Of a DNA stretch of 59,626 bases, positions 11,358 to 25,400 are shown one piece after another. Under the pieces are notes generated by a model. That model was given only the letters and a program-made list of their open reading frames with translations. It searched no databases and had not been told where the DNA came from. How positions within the stretch are numbered: position 1 is the stretch's first letter; every line of letters begins with the position of its first letter. This DNA comes from Pelomyxa schiedti (taxonomy: Eukaryota; Protista; Evosea). The position numbers were made by a program, and so were the translations under genes. Location: NCBI GenBank assembly GCA_020536535.1, contig JAHLWZ010000566.1, forward strand, positions 1 to 59,626, read 5' to 3'.

Positions 11358-13069
11358 TCAAAGTTTGATAAAAATTACTGCCAGCATCACAACAAATACG
11401 AGGATGAGAACGTATAGAGTGCGCCTTCTTTGTGGTGCTCCCAGCATTCCATAATCTACTACCTGGGTCATCTTTTCCTGGGACACCAGGTCAAAGCAGC
11501 GGCCCACTTCTTTGTATCTGCGTTGCCACTCAGTCACTTGAGAAGCAACTGTATGTCCTCCAAAAATCCACATTTCAATTGCGAGGAGCAATAAAGCAAA
11601 GTCCGCTCTACAATTTGGCATGTGTTTTGTGGCTTGAAGCATGGCAGTTCTCACTATTTTTTGCCTGATTGTTTCCAGGTTATATTTTATAAGTGACTGC
11701 CGAAACATACTTTAGCATGTGGTTATCACCTTCAGCAAATCTAGAGCAATAGAGTAATTCCAGCTTTTCAGGAGCGAATGGTGATGATTTGAGCAGCACG
11801 TAGCTACCAAGGGATTTGCGTAGTACTCCCAACCACTTAATTGCTGAATCCACAGCACATATTTTGGCTATGCTGACTTCCTCTTGCATCTCGGTGAGTT
11901 CGTGTTCCCCAGTGGCAAAGCCTCGCTCTACACAAGCTATAAACTCTGCAGTTCTGGAACACTCTTGTGAAGCCTTGTAAAATGACTCTGCGACATGTGG
12001 GATGTCAGATAGGAAGACATGTGTTGTTCTAGTGAACAACACTGATCTCTGCATTATATGATCGTGAATTTTGTCCAGGGAATCTTGGAAACCTTCAGTT
12101 AAGGTTAATACCCACTGAGGAAGGCACAGGTCATTACTTCTATTAATAAGAGAGGCAATTATCAATCGGCCACTTAAAAGGCGTTCAATGAGCTTCATGA
12201 ATGAGTATGACTGCTCTGCGGAATACCTTGTACAAGTGATGAGTGGATATGGTAGGATGAATCGCTTACGTTCCATGTTCGTCGATTTGTGTGTAGCGGG
12301 ATAATAGTGAAGTAGCAGGTAATCTCACATGAGAAAATTTGATCACTGCATTATCCAAGGTTTGTAGTGCAGACTTTTCAGGCATTTGTTCCCTTGAAAC
12401 ACCTTCTGGTGAGCCACGAAACAGGAATCCATGAGAACCGCGGTCCACACAGCCGACGATAAGCCTTGCTGATACAAAGGTATAGTCAGCACAACACCCT
12501 TGCGATATCCAGTACTTCTCAGCACCCTCTGGTGTGTGGAGAATAAACTCCCTCGAAATGGGATCGTATGTAGCAGTTGTGGTAAGAGAAAATCCAGATA
12601 GTACACCAGCATTCCTGCAGAACGGTCTATTTAATCTACGACCAAGTTCAGTAGTTTATACCTCTCAGTGAAAGCAAAGCACCCCAGAAGCCCATTTTCC
12701 TCACAGTCCGCAAAACAGGAGGCAGCCTGAGCCTCCGTTCCAAGACTCATAACTGATCCAGCAAAGAGATTGTACCTTGAGAGCAAATTAGAACCTTGAA
12801 AGTCAAGCCCCTAGTCTTTACTGGGCTGTGAAACGGATAGCCAGTTCATAAAGCGTCGGCTTTGCCGCAAAATAGTGGTGCGCCTCCAGGAACTTCCATC
12901 TCAAGTCTTGGTCTTGGCTTGCCCCCGAGCTCATCGGCACGACACGTGATTTTACAATGTTACGCATCGTCATCTCACTGTTGTTGTCTGCAGAGACAGC
13001 CCGCGTTTGCAAGTCATGAGTTAATGTGCCCAGATCTTGTGCTATAGTCGGCGGTGTTGGTGCTGTCAT
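11358..13069 (-). CDS. Acyl-CoA oxidase/dehydrogenase-family flavoprotein with C-terminal hydrophobic tail; multi-exon
   Basis: Spliced YNLFAGSVMSLGT, LGCFAFTE, TTATYDPISREFILHTPEGAEKYWISQG, LDNAVIKFSHVRLPATSLLSRY, LLSGRL, FAEGDN (catalytic Glu position). Confidence 0.8.
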
Positions 13070-13147
13070 CTTGCAAGATATAAAATTCCGTTTGATAAAA
13101 AAAAACAGATAAAAGAAACCTACGTTTTTATATTAATGTGCCAAAAT

Positions 13148-16100
13148 TTAGGCATCACTTGCCGGGGTTGTTGCAGATTCAAAGTCTAGGCAAGATCCCC
13201 CATAAATCTTTTTTTGTAGCGTCTGCAGATTCACTCGTTCTGTGTCGGTCAAGGATAACCAGGCCTGAGACAATTGTTGACGTGAAGGACATACAAGACT
13301 GCGGATCTCGGTTGATGTGGTCGTGGTGGCGAGATTGTATTGGTGTAACATGGAAGCTACTTTGGCCTCAATCTCGGGCGTAACTAGTTCGGTGCTGGCA
13401 AAAGTCGCAATGACATGAAGTATTTGTGGAAGGTGTTGAAAATTTCCACCAAGAAGGAACGGACAAGATCTAAGGGGAAAAAATGGTTTCATGGTTATTC
13501 GCCGATGTGCACAAAAAAAAAATGTGAATTTTACGCACTTTTCGAGCAGTTCAGCAAATACACCATATGAGAACTTGGATTCCTCGTCGTCCTTAGTTAC
13601 GGGAAGGAAATAAAGCCACTGTGGCACAACAGATGCTAAATCTAAGCGCTCGCCTAACAAATAGTAGGTGTTAGTATGTTAACTTATTTTCAAATGACGG
13701 AAACCTTGGTGAGATATTATCTTGGCAATGCTAGAGATTGCATTTTCCGTTGCAGTCGCCATTACGCTTCCTCGTGAATCTGGTTGCTTGATAATCCTGA
13801 ACAGTATCTTCACAGAAGATACTGCAAATTTTCCTCCCCCCTTTATTCCACATAGCCCTGATGGAACGGTAAGTGCAAGTGGCAGTGGCTTGAAAGTGAA
13901 GTAACTGACCCAGTCCATAGGCAACAGCCTGCCGTAGGGTTGAATTTGGTTGTTTCTCAACAGTGGCCAGGATGGCGAAGAAGTCATCAAAGTGCGGAAC
14001 TGGGTCCCTGGTATCTTGGTTAATACCAACAAGAAGAAGGCTTGGCTTGATCGGGCAGGTACTGTTCAAGTTCCATGAAGTCGTCGATGAGGTAAACTCC
14101 CAAACTCCTGGAATAGCTGGGACTGTGTGGAAGCTGATAGATTGAGGTTATGCTATCAAGTAAAATATGTGGTTAGCCCTACCACCAGCGACCTAATAAC
14201 AGGAAAGATGTAGGACTCCCATTCTACGATGTAGGGGGAAGAAAGGACTTTTCCAAGCTTTCCCAGACATTCTACAGCCTATTACAACTGAGCTGAATGG
14301 GAATGGGCAGAAGTAACTCACAGCTATGGCTTTCATAAATGAGTCCTCATTTTCAGCTAGTATTTTTTCTCGTTCCTCTTCAGAGATTTGTGGTCTCCGC
14401 CAAGAATCTTCAGATGAGCTGAGAAAAAGTGATGTGAAGAGGAAAAAAACTCAGGTACCTCTTCGATTGAGGTTATAAGTGTGCCAGTAGGATAGGCAAA
14501 CACTGAAGCGTTGCACGAAATTGATAACTTGCTGTGGTATGATGTGATTGCTTTCCATTTCATCCAATGCCTACAGCGATGAATTCATATTGATAAGAAG
14601 ATTGTGACAAAGGAACCTCATCTAGAGAAAGAAAATCTTCAGTGAGTTCCTCCATTTTTTGGACAGAGGTCATCTCTGACAGCAAGTACTTGAAAAAAGC
14701 GTTCCAAACAGCCTGAATTGTGCAGCCCTGTAGATCTGCTTTTTCGGTAATTTTTACTAGGTGCAATAAAGCTGGAAATAGTGAAAACGCAGCAGATTTC
14801 TCTTCTGATAGAACTGTAAACCATGCAAAAAAAGATGAAGAGGACCTGTAACTCACCTAAAACCGAGGATTTCTGGAGAGTTCGGACTGCTAATTGTGCT
14901 ACCTGTTTGGTATAGGGATGGAAGTTCTGTTCCATTTTCGTTGCCAAAACCTTTATCAATCCCCAAAACTCCACTTTGGGGTTGAGTTTTTGCATACCTA
15001 AAACAGAATAATCACTCAAATTCCAAGTGGTTCCTATACCTTCAATTTCATAGCTGCTATAAAAAGAAAGTAGGCCGGCTACAACAGAATCAAAGAAGGG
15101 CAAGAACAGATCAGTTAGGTACTCTGCAATATTTAACAGCGCAGCAATTAAGAAGATGGACTTGTGTCCATCAGATATGAAGGCAGTTTGCTATTGAGGC
15201 CTCACTAGTCAAAATAAATTCAGATTGACAGTTAGTTTACATGCAGAAGATTCACAATTTCTGGGAGAATTTCCGAGATGTCTTTAGCAACATATTCGGG
15301 GTCAACAGATGTTGCTGTTACTTCTGTTAGATTTGTGATACTAGACTTGCACCGAATTTGAAGTAAACCCACCAACTAATCCAATACACTCCATCGATGC
15401 GCACTTTGTCTCGCTATCTAAACTCGATGTTTTCAAAATACTAGGAGGAAGATGTTAGGAAACGATAACTCATGAAGATGCACTTTTTGAGAACTGGAAA
15501 AAGTCCACAATACTAGAAGCTATTAATACGAATGTAATCAAGTCAGAAGGAAGTCAAACGGGAGTGAATGCTTTTTTAGCAATAATTGCAATTTCAGAGA
15601 TGGTTGGCAACACTATTTCAACAACTTTTGGGTGTCTGTTATTTATGAACATCTTGCACCCAAATGAATACTTACTTGTGCGGCAGTAAGGTAAGTAGCC
15701 CTCTCATTAACTTATCGATAAAAGGAGAAATTGTACTGTAGTCCGTTCCACGGACCATTTGGACTATAGCCTCCATAGATTTAATTATTACTCTTTAAGG
15801 TCTAGTAAGGGGCATTGCTTGCAAATTAATTTTAAACCTGAGTGAGGTATCATTTAGGCAATCCAACAACGGATAAACCAAAGCATTCATATATTCTTTC
15901 ACCACTGTTTTTGGCTAGTTTCTCATTAAAAACCTGAAAATATGGATGAAAAAACCATTGCATGCCCTAATTGTTCAAGACAGAAACAGGAGGCCCACCT
16001 CACTCGAGGACTCTCATCCGCAAGCGAGTTCGAGCAAAGTCTAAAGCGTAAGAATACTTGTTGGGATTCAATCAATGTAAGATAAGGGAGAAGTCAAACC

Positions 16101-17967
16101 GAATAATGTCCTTGAAAGAGGTGATGAAGGCTTTGTGGCACCATTCCACACAAATGGCTACTCCGCAAAGTCCTCCAAATCTTTGTCTCCAGTCACTTGC
16201 ATTTTCGCACATTGTTGTGGCATGAGGAAGGAGAATTGGTACTATTGTTGCCCCGCCTACTGCATGTGAGATATGTATTTTCTTTCTTAAAAACGACCGA
16301 GTACCAAATGTGGAGGAGAGATTTGCTAGAAACTGCGCTGACCAAGAGACCACTTGACTATATTGTTCTTCTTGTATGTTAAAGCATGTTTCCCAAGTGG
16401 GTTCATCTTTAACGCACGCAATTTGGTCTAAAAGGAAGGGTACAAGTGAAGATAGGAAACTTGGTACAATCCTAGTGTTGTGAAAATAACATTCCTTCAG
16501 TTTTTCCTTCAACCTTTTAATATCTGGTTTACTTTGAGCATACGATACAAGAAATTCGATGGCGTTCATCCTTAAAACTATGTCTTTTGTAAGAAACATG
16601 TCAGACAAGGCATAAGAAAAGTACCATCTGTGAGGGTTGAAGATGCAACTAAAAACATTGCAGTAACAACTTCTGATAAATGTGGTGCAAAGAAGTCAGG
16701 CTCACTTGAAGCAATCTTTGTAAATTCCCTAAGAACTTTTTTACTACAATCTGCCTGAAGTTGCCAAGATGACAGCGTTAGTACCTAAAAAGCTTAGAGC
16801 AGCTGTTGTGCTTTTCAGGTACGAATACAGAAATGTACCTCTAACATTAAAGGTAAGAGCATTTGCACATGATTAAGCACTCCTGCGGAAAACCATCCCT
16901 CCACCAGTAAAGTTATTGCATAAAGAGCCGAATACTTGACCTAGTCAATAAAACATTAACGGACCCAATGCTATAGAATTTGGGGCACCTCTGGGCTTGG
17001 GTCCAGAAGTCCCAACCGCAATACTTGTGGAAGGTGCACCGATATTTCGGAAAAATTATCTGGCTCACAGACCCCAGAGAAATATGCTATCACCCAAAGG
17101 CATGCTATTCGGTAGTGCACTGCCTAAGAAAAGCTTAAATAAAAAAAAAAGGAATTGAGCTTGGAGTTGCACCTCAGACTTGATACCCAGCATGACAAAC
17201 TGCAGAAATTCCTGAGCTAACTCCATTAAAATGTAGGAAACGTGGAATGACAAAAAACTTGGGTTATCACAAAGGCCAAAAATTTGTGCCAGAGTTAAAT
17301 AAAGGTACTTCGATGTGCTGGTATTTTGTTCTGTTTGTAATAACTTAATGACCTTCGTCTTCAGGATATCAGAAAGGTAGACCACACAAACCAAAACGTA
17401 CCTTGAGAAGATTTTGATGGTCACGGTCTAATTTCACCCAGCAACCATACTTTTCATCCATGAGAAGCCTATTAAAATGAATTCCAGCACCAATTCTGAG
17501 CTAACCCAATCCATAAGGGAACGTAAGATGCATTACAAAAGAACTTTTTTAAAAAAAAGAATAAAATAAAAAAATATGAAAACCTGACAGTCCAAGGAGG
17601 CATCACCAACCATTTCCAGTAAGGGCAGTGTGAGATTTCCAGGGCAAAGTGATATTACATGCCTGACTGCCTGAGCCACAGCTTTCGCGTATGGGTCATT
17701 CTTATGGGATGGAGCGGAATTGTCGGTCCAGCCGTCCCTGGCCACATCCGCCGACCCAACAAACACCAAGTCCAACCAGCTCCTCGGGTGCGCGGGTTCG
17801 ATTCCCAGCAGCGCCAGGTACAGTTTCTTGGCTGATGCACCAGAGTGACTCGTCAGGGGGTTGTTGATGTAGTACACCAACTCTTGTAGCTCCTGTGGGG
17901 TGAGCTTTGTGCTCTGAGATATGCATCTGGCGTATGTCGTTTCGCTGTTTTGCGCTCTTTTGGCCAT
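13148..17967 (-). CDS. Importin-5 / karyopherin beta-3-like HEAT-repeat protein; multi-exon
   Basis: DWRQRFGGL, RVRWASCFCLEQLG, CASMECIGLVG, LRQAVAYGLG, ATENAISSIAKI, QWLYFLPVTKDDEES motifs typical of IPO5/Pse1. Confidence 0.8.
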
Positions 17968-18041
17968 TAGAAGGTCGTCGTCCTTGGCCAACTGGGAACG
18001 AAAAGAAGATCTGGTATCTATTACTCAATTTCAGGTCGTCG

Positions 18042-19219
18042 ATGGCTTCCTTTGAGCATTGTGTGCGGGTGTGGCATTAGTTCCCTGCGCGTCTTGTTCC
18101 GTGGAGAAAGCATTCATTAAAAAAAAATAACTTGGCCAAGGGGCTGGATCTTGTGCACAGGACGAGGGTAACCGGGGAAGAATGGGTGATGGTGTATTGT
18201 AGGTATTGCGACGGGTTGCCTACTTCGCTAAGCGTTGGGATCACTGATACTTGCAACCTTTGGATCAATTCTATTAGCGAGACAGAGTTTACAGCCCACG
18301 TATAATTGTTTTTGACCTTGCTCCCTCTGTACTTTTAACCTCCTTCTTTCCTCCCATCGTAAACAGCGCAATTTGTTGGAGGCCTCTGAAGGTGCTATTC
18401 CGTGGGATTTGTATTTTGAGAGATTCCGCAATGTCTTTTGCTCTGACCTTACTGAAATAAACTTCACTCCACCAAGCCTAAATGAGGCTTCCACTGCCTT
18501 GCTTTCTGTACAATTTGTAAAAAATGCTGCCGTGTCTACTACAGTCACTACAACGAGCTCCCACACCTGCACTTCACAAACAACATTGCTGCACAATGGC
18601 AGTCCTCTTGTACTCACACTAAACCGTATAAATGATCGCAATCTCTGTGCAAGTACTATAAAGGAGCTCATACTGGGACCAAGTACTCTCAACTACTTCC
18701 CCTTAGTAAAACTAAAGTTAAATAGCTGGAAAGCAGACTTCTCCACATATAACTTCTTCTTCGGGACTCCTTCCTTGGGCACTAGCTCTTCAGAACGGTT
18801 ACTTCCTGTAAGTTCTTGGCAGTTGCTTATTCTACGTGGGTAGAGCAGATATAATATTGCTGAAGGGGACACCTCCTGTTGTATCTAAGGTATATTTCCA
18901 CTCACTGGTATGCCCTCACTTTTTCCCACTGTAGGTTGCAATTGATTTTACTCCAAGCTCGCTTCCAGACCAAAACGAACCGTACCCAGCTGCCAAAATT
19001 GTAGTTCCACCCAAGGCCTCAAAGAAACTGGTTACAACCAAACGAAAGCCTGGATTTAGCATTGTTAACCCATCTACAAAAAGGTACCAAGTCCCTATCC
19101 TCCGTACCTTCTAACACTAAATCCTTTGCAGGTATCGTCCTGGTGGTGCTAAGATATCACCCTCCCCCAATGGCAAAGTACTTCACAACACAGAAAACCA
19201 ACCCCAGTCCTATGACTAG
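18042..19219 (+). CDS. PAXX-like (XRCC4/XLF superfamily) NHEJ factor; multi-exon
   Basis: Head VMVYCRYCDG..LSVGITDTCNLWINSISETEFTAHRNLL..FERFRNVF and tail KRKPGFSIVNPSTKRYRPGGAKI resemble the PAXX head and Ku-binding tail (PGESLINPGFKSKKPAGG). Confidence 0.65.
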
Positions 19220-19414
19220 TTCCTTGCCAAATTTTATCCGCAGACTGTACCCGCACATTACTTCAGGTAACCACCACAATTACCGTGACTTTGTTTCTTG
19301 AGTAGCCAAAAATAGGCCATCAAGCTTTTTTTTTGGGGAAGAAAAGGCAAAAGAAGAAACGAACAACTTTTTAAAAAACAAAACAAATCGACCCATCACC
19401 GAGTGGCGGGGCGC

Positions 19415-22400
19415 ATGTCAGACGGCGACGACTTTTTCCTTGACACATCGTAAACAAGCCGAATCACCAAAAACAAAACAACAAACCCGCTTGTTGCAAC
19501 ACATAAAGCCGCAACCCAACAAAAACAAAAAAAAATCATAGTAATAATTGAAATGCCTGCTATGTTGTCAACTCAATAACGCCGTCTTTGTTTAGGGGGG
19601 ATTCCGGATCACTTAATAACATATTTCAATCCGACCAACCGACTTCGGCAAGGGGATCTAGTTCCAACTTTAAGTACGTCGCCACACCGAGACAAAAACA
19701 ACCAGCGCAACAAACTCGCCCTCCTGCAATGTCCACAACTCCCGCCACCAGCCCTACTACATCTACACCCACGGCCACAACAGCCACTACTGCTACCCCG
19801 GCGGCAAAGCCTCTTTTATTGATTTTCTTGCAAGTCACAGCCACGAAATCGTGTGTTTTTTTTTTTTCCCTCTCGTTCTTCTGTATTCGTCTTACTGAAA
19901 TTGTTTCTGTGCGTTTCCTTTGTTTTGTTCACCTGTCTTTAAAAGTGACGGCAATTCCAACCAAAATGTTGGAGCAATGGGCCTGGCTCTCCTGGCAAAT
20001 TCCCCAACTGCCGTTCAACTCATGATGTACAAGAACCCCAAAGACCCGCAGGTCAAATTGGATGTCACCATGAATTTACAGTGGCAGGTAAATCCAAAAA
20101 GTACTAGACTGGAAGTATGTAATCAATCAAAAGGCACAAGAAAACGGTACTGCCACTTTCACTGATCGATCAACAACATGGTCGATATCTTTTAAAAATG
20201 CTGAGGATGCCAGACAGTAGGCTTTTCCCTTTCGGTATTTCTTGAATTCATTATTCATCTAGATTTTTCCTCTACATCTGTATTTCCAAGTTTATGGTAG
20301 CAGGGTCCCAGTTTCTTGTCTCTTCTGACTTTATCTCTGGAAAAGGCAAGGTATTTATCCTACCAAAATTGCTTGAGCTCATCAATGCAAGGGTGTTAAA
20401 ACAGGAGACATTCTGGGCATAAAGTACACTGGGTGGATACTGAATCCCAATGGCAAACTTGGTGAACTTGTCGAGACAAACACTGACAAGGAAACAAACC
20501 AGAGGGTGGATATTGGCAGCAACACAGTATGCCACAATAATTAAATTTTTTTTTATAATGTAGCTCAAAGAACCTCCCCGCGTGGAATGAAGGACTTGTA
20601 GACACAAAACGAGGGACAAAACGGGTTTTAGTGGTGCCTTCCTCTCTTGCCCACGGTATGTTAAAATTCATTTGATTACTCTTATGGCTCCTAGGGAAAG
20701 CGGGGCACGGCAAAATTCCTCCCAATGCCAACCTTGTTTATGAGGTACTACATCTCTTTTCCGTGTTAACTCATTTTCTCCCTAGGTAGAAGTGTTACGA
20801 CTGAAACGGGCTACAAATGCTCCAGAAACTGAGATCCCTCCAGCTTCCCTCTCTCCCCCACCTACTATGCTTTCCTCCAGGCAAGATGACATTGGACCTG
20901 TCGTTCCACAAAGTGGTTCTCAAACTCCTATCACGCAGCAGCCCTCAAGTATATTGCTTTCCATTACGAATGTGAACTTAATGTATTCCTAGTTCCCATC
21001 GATACAGGAATGCTCGGAACACAGGTTTGGTAATACAGTACATGAAGGAGTCTAAAAACGCCCAATAGATTATGATTCCACAGCAAGGATTTGCGTACCA
21101 ACAGCAACAACCTCCTCAACAACAATTTCTCCCAGTCCAACAGTTCACCCAAACATTCCCAACACAGCAAACCTCACTTCAACCACCACAACCTCAGGTA
21201 CCCCAACCCCAACCATTACCACCCCAAGTCTCTCAACCCCTGCAACCACAACCAATCCAGCCCTCGCAAACCCAGTCTCCGCCAGCTCAACCAATGTATG
21301 TCTCCTTGGTATCTTAGTTTTCCTTTATCTTTCTATTCCTTTTTTTTAAAACAAATAAAAAAAAAAAGGCACTCTGCCGCTGGAGCAATCAATGCCCTGG
21401 TTCAACAAGGGCAGATGTCCACAAATGAGGCCGTAAAGACCCTAGTAACAGAAAAGGAATTCCGTAATGATGTCAAATCCAACATAATCAATGTGGTTGC
21501 CAAACTTGAAGAGGTACTTTCATACTGTCCACACGAACATGTACACTAAATGCACCTCAAGGTCAACAAAAAAGTGGATGAGATTCGGGGTATGGAGTCC
21601 TTTCCTATTTCCTTCCCCTAAACACGTCACATAGCACCCCCTGGCAAAGCTGGGGAAGCGGCTTCAGTGTCTGGGATGCTTATTATTCAAGCTCTCCAGC
21701 GTTTGGTTGATGAAAGTGACCGACAGAAACGTGAAATCTCTGATAAAGACGACCAAATCGCTACTATGAGACGGAAAATCGAGGCGTTGCAAGACAGAAA
21801 TGAAAGGTTTCTTCAGTTCACTCGAAATAAGTCCCAACATCCCCACAGGCACCATGAGGATAGTTCACGGATGTTCTATGCAAGGGACGAACACATGAAA
21901 GATAACATGGGTCAATTGCATGAACAAATAGCGATCCTCAGAGTAAGACAACATTAACTACAAGTTTCTTCAATTAATTTCTCTTAAGACCGAGAAGTCT
22001 CGTCTAGAAGTTGAGTTAGCACAATGTAATGCCAACTCCACGAGAGTGACTTCTCAGCTTCAATCGTCTAAACAGTCCTCCCCTTTTTTTTTTTTGCTTG
22101 GGTAACGATTTTACAGGGACACATCTGCCCTCGAAATAGAAAAGCGAACCCTTCAGGAATCAAATCGCAAACTTCTTACCGATCTCAATGAATTGAAAGA
22201 GCTCAAGGCCAAGGCTGAGGAGAAGCAAGAAAAACTCAATCAGAAACTGACTGAAGGTTTTCATCAGAGAGATATAGACCACCAAATAATCCTTACACCA
22301 AACAATACCAAGAGATGGAGACAACCAAAAAAATCAAGACAAAACGTGACGAACTAGAAATGAAACTGGAAGAATGCCAATCCAAGATCACCAAATGTGA

Positions 22401-25400
22401 AAAAGAAATATCTTCCCTGAAAAAGAAGTATGCTGCAGAATTGAAAAAGGTAGAACCCACATTTTTCTCTTCTTTGAAATAAATACATGTCCTGCAGATT
22501 GAGGCAACAAAAGAAGAGGAAGAGGAGGAACACACACAAGCGGTCACAAAATACAGAAAGCAAATTGCTGCAAGGTAGAAGCTCCATGTTCCCTCCCAAA
22601 TCTGAGTCTTTTGTAGCAAGGAAGAAATTGTTAACCTTGAAAAAAAACTTCAAGATGCTAAAGCAAAAGCCGCAGACACCTTAAGAGAGCAAACGTCAGA
22701 GCTCTCAGAACAAATCCAAAAGGTATGATAGAAGCTCTCCGCTTTTTAGTTGCCTACACTTTTTCAGCTCACCAAAGAACGTGATGAGGCCAGGCAGAAT
22801 TTGGAGACAACCCAACAGCAACTTCAATTGTTGACTCAAAAGTATACTGCCGCTGAAGAAGCACACAAAAATGAGATTATTGCCCTTGATAAAACTCTTA
22901 AATCGCAACATCTCGTCACAAAGAAAAAACTGGCTGTAGCTGAAAAACGAGCAACAACATTGGAAACCAAGATAAAGCAACTAGAAGAAGAGAAAGAAAG
23001 GCTGACGAAAGAAGTTGGAGCCTTGAAAGTCGAGCATGATGCAAGTGGGAAAGCGCATAAAGAGTCCTTAATCACTGTGGAAACTCTCAAGCAAGAACTT
23101 TCTGCTTTGCGGATCAAGTGCGATGAAGAAAGAGAGCAAGCTATATCACGCCTTAAAACCGAACATAATCTTCAATGCGAAAAAAATACCGCCTCGGTGC
23201 AGCGCCTTCAGTTGGAATGTGATACCCAAAACTCCCTGATACAAAAGCTAAAAGAAGAAAATGAGACCCAAAAAGTGGAGATCATAGCACACAAAAAAGA
23301 AATCGAGATGCTCTCCAATACCAGTGAGGCTTTGAGGACACTCAAACATGAGAAGGAGGAGCTGGAAAAAGAACTGCAAGGGCTCCAATCCCGGTTATCA
23401 CTTCAATCTGAAGAAATTGAAAGAAAGACTGCACAATTGCAGGAATACACAACAGTTGTGACTGAGAGGAATTCTCTGATAGAGCAAGTTCGTACTTTGT
23501 CCTTACAATCACAAGAAATGGAAAGACATTCCAATGATGAGATTGTTCATATCCGCGCACAAGTTACTGAACTGACAGACAAACTGCACACAACCACAAG
23601 CGACCATGAGCAACTTGACCGTCAGCTTCAGCAAGCCAAAAAAGATCTCGAACTGGCAATCCAACAACGTGAAGAATCTATGAACGCCAGAGAAACGGAC
23701 AACGCGCAACTTGCCCTTCTGCATGCTCGTATTCATACGCTGGAAGCTGAAGTTCCTCACCCACATGCTGTTGCCAAGATATCTACAGCTTTGTCTGACT
23801 CAAAGGAGTACTTTGGGAGAGTTTCTTCGCACATACAAGAACTGGAAGCTGACAAAGAGCGGTTGGCAACGGAATGTGCACACCTGAATCTGAAGATCGA
23901 AGAATTTTCTAAAGTGAAGGTAATCCTATCTTTCTCCTTTCCTCTCATCAATCTCTCAAAGGCAAGCACCAACGATCAAACAAAAGAGTACTATGAACGG
24001 TACCCTACCCACTATTCTCTACACAAGTGACGTTTGTGAAGGTGTATTTCTGAGTTGAATTCTGTGGTTGGTGAATTGAAAGAAAAATTCCAACAACACA
24101 AACTGAAACACAAAGCTTGCAAAAGCAACCGAACTCGTCTGGGAGAGCTTGAAAGCCGGCTGCAAGCCACAACAACAGATTCACCGACCTCCACGCTATC
24201 GGAGATTACCCATAAATTGGAGCACAAAGAGAAAGAACTTGCTCAGTTGCACGAAATGATGAAAGTTCAAGAAAAACAAATTTTGAGGAGTGAGAAGTTG
24301 CATGCAGTTGCATCGAGGGCCAACGCCTTGGCTAGTGTTCAACAAGCTCTAAAACAAGTCCTTTCTTAGTTTCTCTCATTTTGAATCTTTGACATTTGAC
24401 AGGTTCTGAATTCTGTATATGGTTTCATTCAAAAGTCGATGACTGGTCAAGAAACCATCCCCACCGTAGAAGTGATGAATGCTGCAAGAGCAGCCATGAG
24501 GGAGTGCACCCAGGAGTACCTAACAACATTGAAAAGTGGTATGCCTGGTATTGGCTTCCACACTTCTGACAAGGTGAATAGCGTTACAGTCTGAAGAAGC
24601 GGATGACGCCGACGATGACGATGACGACGACGATGATGATGACGAGGACGGTGACGACGAGGATGCCACTACGGAGGCCACCGCTACTTCCACTTCCACT
24701 TCCACTGCTGCCGCTGTCACTTCCACTGTCGCTGCCACTAAGGATGCTGATGACGACGCACTAGGAGGTGAAATGGATGCCAACGGTGAAGAAGTCCTGG
24801 AAGGCTCCGAGGGAGAAAGTGACGAAGCACTAAAAGGTGAAATGGATGCCGGTGGTGAAGCCCTGGAAGGTTCCGAGGGAGAAAGTGAAGATGCTGACCC
24901 AGAGGCACAAGCTGATGCCAAAGCCCAAGCCGAACTCAAAGCTGATTCTGAAGGCATAACCAAGTCCAAAGCTGAGGGGGAGGCTGAAAAGAAAGAGGAA
25001 GAGGAAGAGGAAGCAGAAGCAGAAGCAGAAACCGAGGCCGAGGCGGCAGCTGTGGGAGATACTAAAGTAGACACTAGTGTAGAAGCAGGCAAAGAAGCGT
25101 CAGTTTCAGAAGAAATCAAAAAACCTGTTGAAGAATCAGAGAAGGCAGTTGAACCAGAAGAACATGATGAAACCACTACCCAAAAAGAAACAGAACAGGT
25201 TACTCTAATCCCAGCAACTGAGAAAGATGAGAATTCCAAATCAAAGAAGCACTCATCGTCTTCTGAAACAAATGACAAAAAGTCTTCTTCATCCTCTTCG
25301 AAAAAGCACTCCAGAAAGATGAAAAAGAGTTCATCTTCTTCCTCTAAGAAGCACAAAAAAACGCAGGATGAAGACCTTCCAATAGTAGAAATGCCCGAGG

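Noticed and set aside
17790-17816. GGGTTCGATTCCC...GCGCCA resembling a tRNA T-arm and CCA end
   Set aside because: No matching 5' acceptor strand or D-arm at the expected distance; antisense to an importin exon
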